Below are positions 26,350 to 32,000 of a stretch of DNA of 32,000 nucleotides, piece after piece; position 1 is the stretch's first letter, and every line of letters begins with the position of its first letter. The DNA comes from Rhodococcus sp. WMMA185 (lineage in GTDB: Bacteria > Actinomycetota > Actinomycetes > Mycobacteriales > Mycobacteriaceae). A program made the position numbers and the translations under genes. The notes beneath the pieces are model-generated. The model was not told the DNA's origin. It made no database searches and saw nothing but the letters and a program-made list of their open reading frames with translations. The stretch is taken from contig NZ_CP017014.1 in assembly GCF_001767395.1 (NCBI RefSeq), forward strand, positions 3,581,012 through 3,613,011. The letters are read 5' to 3'.

Positions 26350-27855
26350 TCAAGAAAAGGACGGAGTTCTACGGCGGGAGATGTAGTTCTCCTCATCGAA
26401 TTGCTGCATCTGAGTGCGGAACTTCCAAGTGAAGGTCGGCCACTGGACCGAGTTGCGCCCAGTCGAGTCCAGATACCAGCTCGAACATCCTCCCTTGTTC
26501 CACACCGTCGTCTCCAGCGCCGACTGGATCCGGGTGTTGTACCGGCGCTGCGCGTCGTCGGCGACCTCGACGGCCGCTATGTCACTGTTGCGCATCATCT
26601 TCAAAGCGTCGGAGACATAGGCGGACTGCGATTCGAGCATGTAGATGATGGAACTGTGCCCCAGGTTGGTGTTCGGCCCGTACATCAGGAACAGGTTGGG
26701 GAAACCGGCGACCGTCGTACCCTTGTATGCACTCGGGCTGCCGTTCCAGTGTTCGGCGAGCGTGTGACCGTTCGTCCCGCGCAGCATATGCGCAACGGGC
26801 GGTTCGGTCGGCGTGAACCCGGTCGCGAAAATGATCGTGTCGACCTTGTGCTCGTTGCCTGCCGCGTCGACTACGCCGTCCGGCGTGACTGCGGCGAGTC
26901 CGGCATCGACCAACGTGACATCGGGACGGTCGAGTGAGCGGAGCCAATCGTTCGACAGCAGAATTCGCTTGCACCCGATCTTGAAGTCGGGGGTCAGTTT
27001 TCGGCGCAGTTCCCGGTCACGGACCTGCCGGAACAGATGCGCCTTGGCCACAACCTCGAACACCGGCAACAGCCCGGTCGCATGCTGGAGTACGCCGCCG
27101 AGTGCCTCCCGCAAGCTGTACACGAAACCGCGTACTGCCTTCTGCACCCACGGCATCCGGCGATACAGGGACTTCTCGATCCCGAAGAGTTCGCGGTCCA
27201 GGCGCGGAATGACCCAGGCCGGAGTGCGTTGAAGAACGGTGAGATGCTTTGCTACAGGAGCTATCTCGGGGACGAATTGCACTGCGGACGCTCCGGTCCC
27301 GATAACGGCGACCTCCTCACCGCGAAAGTCATGGTCGTGATTCCATGCGGCGGAATGGAACACGGTACCGCCGAAGTTCTCGATACCGGGAACATCCGGA
27401 AAGCTGGGCGTCGACAACGCGCCGGTCGCTACCACCAGTACATCGGCGGTGAGGGTGCCACTACTTGTCCGGACGGACCACAAGGCCCTGCTGTCATCCC
27501 ATCGCGCACCTTGCAGTTCGCATTCGGTCACCACCCTGTCGAGGACTCCGGTGTCGGCTGCGACCTTCCTGAGATACCGGTAGATCTCTGGCTGACGTGC
27601 GAACGTGTGGGTCCATTCGGCACTTGGTGCGAAGGAGAACGAGTACAGCGACGTCGGCACGTCGCAGGCGCAACCGGGATAGGTATTGTCGCGCCAGGTC
27701 CCCCCTACGTCGTTACCGCGTTCGATGATCCGCACATCGGCTCGAGGCTGCTCACGGAGGATCCGGGCCGCGACACCCAAGCCCGCGAAACCCGCGCCCA
27801 CGATCAAGGTGTGTACGTGCGTCGGAATAGTTTCTGCTGCCGCGTCAGGGGCCAC
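26350..27855 (-). CDS. Flavin-dependent monooxygenase, type I Baeyer-Villiger (EthA-like) family
   Basis: The FAD site GAGFAGLG, the BVMO fingerprint FGGTVFHSAAWN (FxGxxxHxxxW) and the NADP site GTGASAVQ are all present. GTG 27855 start. Confidence 0.88.
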   Translation of the reverse strand: MAPDAAAETIPTHVHTLIVGAGFAGLGVAARILREQPRADVRIIERGNDVGGTWRDNTYPGCACDVPTSLYSFSFAPSAEWTHTFARQPEIYRYLRKVAADTGVLDRVVTECELQGARWDDSRALWSVRTSSGTLTADVLVVATGALSTPSFPDVPGIENFGGTVFHSAAWNHDHDFRGEEVAVIGTGASAVQFVPEIAPVAKHLTVLQRTPAWVIPRLDRELFGIEKSLYRRMPWVQKAVRGFVYSLREALGGVLQHATGLLPVFEVVAKAHLFRQVRDRELRRKLTPDFKIGCKRILLSNDWLRSLDRPDVTLVDAGLAAVTPDGVVDAAGNEHKVDTIIFATGFTPTEPPVAHMLRGTNGHTLAEHWNGSPSAYKGTTVAGFPNLFLMYGPNTNLGHSSIIYMLESQSAYVSDALKMMRNSDIAAVEVADDAQRRYNTRIQSALETTVWNKGGCSSWYLDSTGRNSVQWPTFTWKFRTQMQQFDEENYISRRRTPSFS

Positions 27856-27972
27856 ACAAGCACTGTAGGCCGGAACCCGGAAACCAGTCCAGAAAGATCA
27901 ACGGCCCCGGGACCGACAACGACCGCAGTCGTTGCCGGTGTACCCGGGGCCGGATGCCGCTGAAGCGACGGC

Positions 27973-28260
27973 TCAGGCCGGAGGGGCCGGAGGGGTGAGG
28001 TATCCGATGATGGACGACCCGACGTCGGCAATCCCGATCGCGACGGACCCCAGCGCGGCATACCCCAGCACGGACTTCCAGACGTCGGCCTGATCGCTGT
28101 CGGATGACCCGCCATTCGACGACCCGTCATTCGACGACCCGGAAGCGGCGGACGCGGGAGCCGCGGTGGCGGGAGCGGCAGTGGCGGACGTCACCCCGAA
28201 CCCGGCGGTCGCGATGGCGAAAGTAGCTGCGACGGTGGTGATCTTACGGGCGATGCTCAA
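27973..28260 (-). CDS. Small secreted protein of unknown function (95 aa)
   Basis: Sec-type signal peptide MSIARKITTVAATFAIATAGFGVTSATA/AP, a Ser/Gly/Asn-rich linker, and a hydrophobic C-terminal segment VLGYAALGSVAIGIADVGSSIIGYL. TTG start. It is on the same strand as the MCO gene and 137 nt downstream of it. Confidence 0.55.
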   Translation of the reverse strand: MSIARKITTVAATFAIATAGFGVTSATAAPATAAPASAASGSSNDGSSNGGSSDSDQADVWKSVLGYAALGSVAIGIADVGSSIIGYLTPPAPPA

Positions 28261-28397
28261 AATGCGGGCCTCTCACTCGATGACTGTGCGCGGCGGCGTA
28301 GGAATCTGCACCGCGACGCTATGCAGATAGCGGGGACACTATTGCACACAAGAGTGATCGCCGGATGGTCGGGGATGTTACAGCGAAAAGCGTCCTA

Positions 28398-30185
28398 TCA
28401 AGGAACAAGTCGGTATCGCAGCATCATGTCGTGGTCCTCGTGGTCGAGCATGTGGCAGTGCCACACGTAGCCCTGCAGCGGCTGCGGCGGCCCCGCAGCA
28501 TGCCCGCCGCCGGAATGGTCCACCGAGGTCCGCGACATTCCGAACGTCGCGTCGGGGTCGAAGCCGAGTTCATCGGCAGTCGGAAAGCGGACGATCATCC
28601 GGGTGACGGAGTTGGCGTCGGCGATCACGGTGTCTTTGAACCCCGCCTCCCACGGCTGCGGCGGCAGGACTGGACCCACGGTGAACTGATCCGGGGACGG
28701 TGTCCATCTGGTGCCGACGGGCGGGAGTGGATGACTCGACATCAGCGCGTTCGTGTCGATCGCCTGCCTGCCCGCCACCCGGAAGGTCACGAGGTGCAGG
28801 TGGATCGGGTGCGGCTCGGGAGTGACGTTGACGATGTTCCACTGCTCGACTGTTCCCTGCCGCGGCATCTCGATGTCACCACTGGTGTAGAGCAGGTTGT
28901 TCAGCGACATCAGCGGAGTCGGCCGGCCCGGTCCGTTGGCGAGCTGCAGTACCGATACATTGCGAACCACTGTGGGCTGAGCTATGGCTGGAAGCAACGC
29001 GGGCTGCCGACTTCCGCCGCGCAGACTTTGCGGCACCGGCCCCGCGAAACCCGCTGCCGATCCGACCCGAAACCGGCAGAACCGTGGCATGGTCTGCACC
29101 CCACGCTGGGCGACCTGCTCTGGGACGGGTTCGTCATTGAGCAGCTCGACCGTCGTCCCGGGCTCGAGCGTCCCGAAGTCCACGAGCAGATCGATGAGCT
29201 CTCCCGGCCCGAGCCGTACATGGTCAACCGACGCGGGGGCATCGAGAAGCCCCCCTCCCGCACCGATCACCCAGAACCGCATCCGGTTCTCGAAAAAGAG
29301 GTTGTACACACTGAACGACGCCGCGTTCACCATGCGCAGCCGATACAGGCCCCGCGCCACCTCGAGTTCCGGCCACACCTTGCCGTTCACCACGCCGACG
29401 TCGCCGGGCGTAGCCGGTTCCCAGCTGCCCGGTGGATTCAACGTATTCGAGCGCATACTCTGCCGTCCGTCGTTGGTGAAGTTCTTGTCCTGCAAGATCA
29501 ACGGCACTTCGAACTCGCCCGAGGGAAGTCCCAGCGGATTGTCTCCGGTGCCCGCGTCGTACTCGTTCCGCAGTAGGTACATCCCAGCCAGACCGGCGGA
29601 AATGTTGAGACGGGTAATTCCCATGGCATGGTCGTGGTACCAGAGTGTGCTGGCTTCCTGACGATTGGGGAACCGGTGCGCCATCTCCTGCCCCGGTCGG
29701 ATCGTGTGCTCGGGATGGCCATCGAACTCGGGTGGCGTCCGGCCGCCATGCAGGTGCAACGACGTCGGAACCTGGGTGCGGTCCTGCTCGGTGACTCCGT
29801 GCAACCGCGTGTCGACGTCGGCGGCGAAAGGGTTGTCCCGAATGTCGTTGCGGAATGTCAGCGATGTCTGCTCGTCGACGTGCGCCTCGATAACCGGTCC
29901 GAGGTAGCTCGAGCCGCCGTATCCGAGTGCGGGAGACGGCGGAAGGTCGGGATGAAAGACATGCGTCGTGCTGCTGGCATGTAACTCGATGCCGGTACCC
30001 CCCAGGACCGGGAGCGGCGGCAACTGCTCGCGGAACGGCTCGAGGGGCGGAGACGAGAAGACGAACGGGCGCAACGGATCGATGTCGAATGGATAGGCCT
30101 TCGCCGAACCCGCCGCCAAGGCGCCGAGCCCGGCGGTCAACCCCAGTCCCCGAACGAAAGATCTACGCGGAATCCGTCCCGTCAT
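28398..30185 (-). CDS. Tat-exported multicopper oxidase (CotA/bilirubin-oxidase-like, three cupredoxin domains)
   Basis: Twin-arginine signal MTGRIPRRSFVRGLGLTAGLGALAAGSAKA. The four copper-ligand motifs are present: HLHG, WYHDH, HPIHLHL and HCHMLDHEDHDMM. Start at the internal ATG 30185. Confidence 0.9.
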   Translation of the reverse strand: MTGRIPRRSFVRGLGLTAGLGALAAGSAKAYPFDIDPLRPFVFSSPPLEPFREQLPPLPVLGGTGIELHASSTTHVFHPDLPPSPALGYGGSSYLGPVIEAHVDEQTSLTFRNDIRDNPFAADVDTRLHGVTEQDRTQVPTSLHLHGGRTPPEFDGHPEHTIRPGQEMAHRFPNRQEASTLWYHDHAMGITRLNISAGLAGMYLLRNEYDAGTGDNPLGLPSGEFEVPLILQDKNFTNDGRQSMRSNTLNPPGSWEPATPGDVGVVNGKVWPELEVARGLYRLRMVNAASFSVYNLFFENRMRFWVIGAGGGLLDAPASVDHVRLGPGELIDLLVDFGTLEPGTTVELLNDEPVPEQVAQRGVQTMPRFCRFRVGSAAGFAGPVPQSLRGGSRQPALLPAIAQPTVVRNVSVLQLANGPGRPTPLMSLNNLLYTSGDIEMPRQGTVEQWNIVNVTPEPHPIHLHLVTFRVAGRQAIDTNALMSSHPLPPVGTRWTPSPDQFTVGPVLPPQPWEAGFKDTVIADANSVTRMIVRFPTADELGFDPDATFGMSRTSVDHSGGGHAAGPPQPLQGYVWHCHMLDHEDHDMMLRYRLVP

Positions 30186-30380
30186 TCGGGTGCGCCCCCT
30201 GCCCGGTGAGAACGAAGTTGCGACGTCAGTTGCCGACGGTACCGCAGTCCACACCTCGAACACGCTGGATTGGCAATCCCCATCCGACCTTCAGGTGGGT
30301 TGCGCCCCACAGGTATTTACGCCGTCTGCGCTGTGCCGGTCACTGCCGTTGTGAAGCGGATAGCAGCCCCGGCACCGCTC

Positions 30381-30782
30381 TCAAACGTCCTGGACGTTGC
30401 GGCTGCCTGACCGGTCGTCATGCAGGTTCTTCGCGGGGTATCGAGCGACCCGATTGATCCACCGACGGGTTCGTTGATCTTCGACAATGCAGACCGCAAG
30501 GATCGGCGACACAACCACACCGATCACAGCCCGGGTGTAGTCCCCTGAGACCGCATATGCGATTGCCGTTACCGCGACGAACGAGAGATAGGTCATGGCC
30601 AGGAAAACGGCCGGTTCCTGACTCAGGTTGAGCAAGCGCCACACCATGACCGCCAACGCGAACGCGATATACACCAGCAGTGTGACCTTGGTTCCTTGAT
30701 TCGCTGCGTCCGCCAGCGGCTGACCGACCGTTGCTAGGGCTGCGACTACGGCGATTGCGGTGACGGCGAGATTGAACTTCAT
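30381..30782 (-). CDS. Hypothetical integral membrane protein (about 4 TM helices, 133 aa)
   Basis: ORF with four hydrophobic helices and a charged C-terminal tail. No recognisable motif. Confidence 0.55.
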   Translation of the reverse strand: MKFNLAVTAIAVVAALATVGQPLADAANQGTKVTLLVYIAFALAVMVWRLLNLSQEPAVFLAMTYLSFVAVTAIAYAVSGDYTRAVIGVVVSPILAVCIVEDQRTRRWINRVARYPAKNLHDDRSGSRNVQDV

Positions 30783-30873
30783 ATTCCCCTCAATACACCC
30801 GGGACTGATGTGATGATCCCTTTGTCGGCCTCTTTACTCCCACGCGAACCGCTCGACGTGCAAACCTGGTCAA

Positions 30874-31812
30874 ATGACTCGTGCGGCTCCGAAGAACATG
30901 GCGTGGATTCCGGGCGGTACCTTCTGGATGGGCTCGGAGGACTTCTACCCGGAGGAGCGTCCTGTTCATCAGGTGAGCGTGGACGGGTTCTGGATGGATT
31001 CGCATCAGGTGACCGTCGCCGAGTTTCGGCGATTCGTGAAGGACACCGGTCACGTCACGACCGCCGAGATCGCACCCGACCCCGCGCAATACCCGGGGGC
31101 AGACCCCTCACTGCTGGTACCCGGATCCCTGGTGTTCACCCCGACGTCAGGTCCGGTCCCGCTGGACGACTACACCCGCTGGTGGTCGTTTGTTCCGGGG
31201 GCCGATTGGCGCCACCCGGAAGGCCCGGGAAGCAACGTCGGCGGGCGCGAACGCCATCCCGTCACGCACGTGTCGTGGTTCGATGCCCGCGCGTACGCCG
31301 AGTGGGCGGGCAAGGACCTTCCCACCGAGGCGGAATGGGAGTTCGCGGCGCGTGGCGGCCTGGACCGCAAGCCGTTCGTGTGGGGAGACGAGCACGAACC
31401 GGGCGGCAGACCTGGTGGGAATGTCTGGCAGGGCCAATTTCCCTGGGAGAACCTGCTCGAGGACGGCTTTGCGGGAACTTCACCGGTCGGCCGGTTCCGC
31501 CCCAACGGCTACGGGCTCAGCGATATGGCCGGCAACGTGTGGGAGTGGACCACCGACCACTTCACCGCCGACCACTCGGCGAGCGGGAAGAACACCACGC
31601 CGACCAGTTCCTGCTGCATCCCCACGAACCCAAGGTTCGACACCGCCGTGGAGCAAAACCCTGACGAACCCTACGCACGCCGCGTCATCAAGGGCGGCTC
31701 GCACCTCTGTGCACCCAACTACTGCCTGCGCTATCGCCCCTCCGCGAGGCAGGGCGACACCGAGGAGACATCCACCTGCCACATCGGTTTCCGGTGCATC
31801 ATCCGTCCGTGA
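30874..31812 (+). CDS. Formylglycine-generating enzyme (FGE/SUMF1 family, Rv0712-like)
   Basis: WIPGGTFWMGS, HPVTHVSW.DA.AYA.WAGK.LPTEAEWE.AARGG and GNVWEWT are present, as is the catalytic Cys pair GGSHLCAPNYCLRYRPSAR. Alternative start ATG 30898. Confidence 0.9.
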   Translation: MTRAAPKNMAWIPGGTFWMGSEDFYPEERPVHQVSVDGFWMDSHQVTVAEFRRFVKDTGHVTTAEIAPDPAQYPGADPSLLVPGSLVFTPTSGPVPLDDYTRWWSFVPGADWRHPEGPGSNVGGRERHPVTHVSWFDARAYAEWAGKDLPTEAEWEFAARGGLDRKPFVWGDEHEPGGRPGGNVWQGQFPWENLLEDGFAGTSPVGRFRPNGYGLSDMAGNVWEWTTDHFTADHSASGKNTTPTSSCCIPTNPRFDTAVEQNPDEPYARRVIKGGSHLCAPNYCLRYRPSARQGDTEETSTCHIGFRCIIRP

Positions 31813-31892
31813 CCCCCAATGCTGCTGAATACGTGGAGCTGATCGTCCCCGTATTCGCATCTCCACCACATTTCCTGACCGAAGCGGGAATA

Positions 31893-32000
31893 TGAATGCC
31901 CGAACCGCTGACTTCCAGCGCATCGAGTTGGTGCTCACCAAAGTCGATAGCATCTCAGCCATGGGGACGCGCGCGGCACTGATCATCATCGATTTGCAGG
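31893..32000 (+). CDS. Possible isochorismatase/cysteine-hydrolase family protein, first ~36 codons; runs off the right edge
   Basis: Own translation: MNARTADFQRIELVLTKVDSISAMGTRAALIIIDLQ. The A.L.IID.Q strand is typical of isochorismatase-like hydrolases. The fragment is too short to be sure, and the start could be the internal ATG 31962. Confidence 0.35.

Noticed and set aside
28365-29576. A 403-aa + strand ORF antisense to the multicopper oxidase.
   Set aside because: The opposite frame carries all four copper-binding motifs. The antisense product is Arg/His/Pro-rich with no motif.
30810-31828. Two alternative + frames (30810-31664 and 31190-31828) overlapping the FGE gene.
   Set aside because: Only the 30874-31812 frame shows FGE motifs. 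The others are Arg/Pro-rich frame-shift artefacts.

Overview
This is a high-GC actinobacterial chromosome segment; gene content and order look like Corynebacteriales (Rhodococcus/Nocardia/Mycobacterium). Positions 1-7350 are a conserved core block in the same order as M. tuberculosis Rv3678c-Rv3683: RidA-like, DUF4177, two coupled ArsA/Get3-like ATPases, whiB4, ponA2, a YqeY-like protein and a metallophosphoesterase. The block ends at tRNA-Pro(CGG) and a strong terminator. The rest looks accessory. It holds an HLD-II haloalkane dehalogenase, a nucleoside hydrolase, an overlapping DUF2752/CD225 membrane pair, and a 10.8-kb bimodular type I PKS (KS-AT-DH-KR-ACP-KS-AT-DH*-KR-ACP). A single-pass membrane pseudokinase with a tandem Cys-repeat ectodomain is transcribed divergently from the PKS. 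Further right are a bacterial PH-domain protein, an adenosine-specific-kinase-like protein, a YdjM-type membrane hydrolase, dps, a furA-like regulator, a type I Baeyer-Villiger monooxygenase, a small secreted protein, a Tat-exported multicopper oxidase, a 4-TM protein, a formylglycine-generating enzyme and the start of an isochorismatase-like gene. The most interesting signal is the PKS. It has N- and C-terminal docking domains but no loader, thioesterase or partner PKS within 10 kb on either side. Its AT motifs alternate, methylmalonyl (YASH) then malonyl-like (RAFH). Its second DH lost the catalytic His/Asp motifs and carries an in-frame tandem repeat at the active-site position. Secondary signals are a 19-codon hydrophobic micro-ORF with a strong SD and flanking direct repeats in the furA-dps spacer, interleaved inverted repeats upstream of whiB4, and a cluster of copper enzymes. 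All calls come from reading the sequence and the ORF translations; no database search was run.
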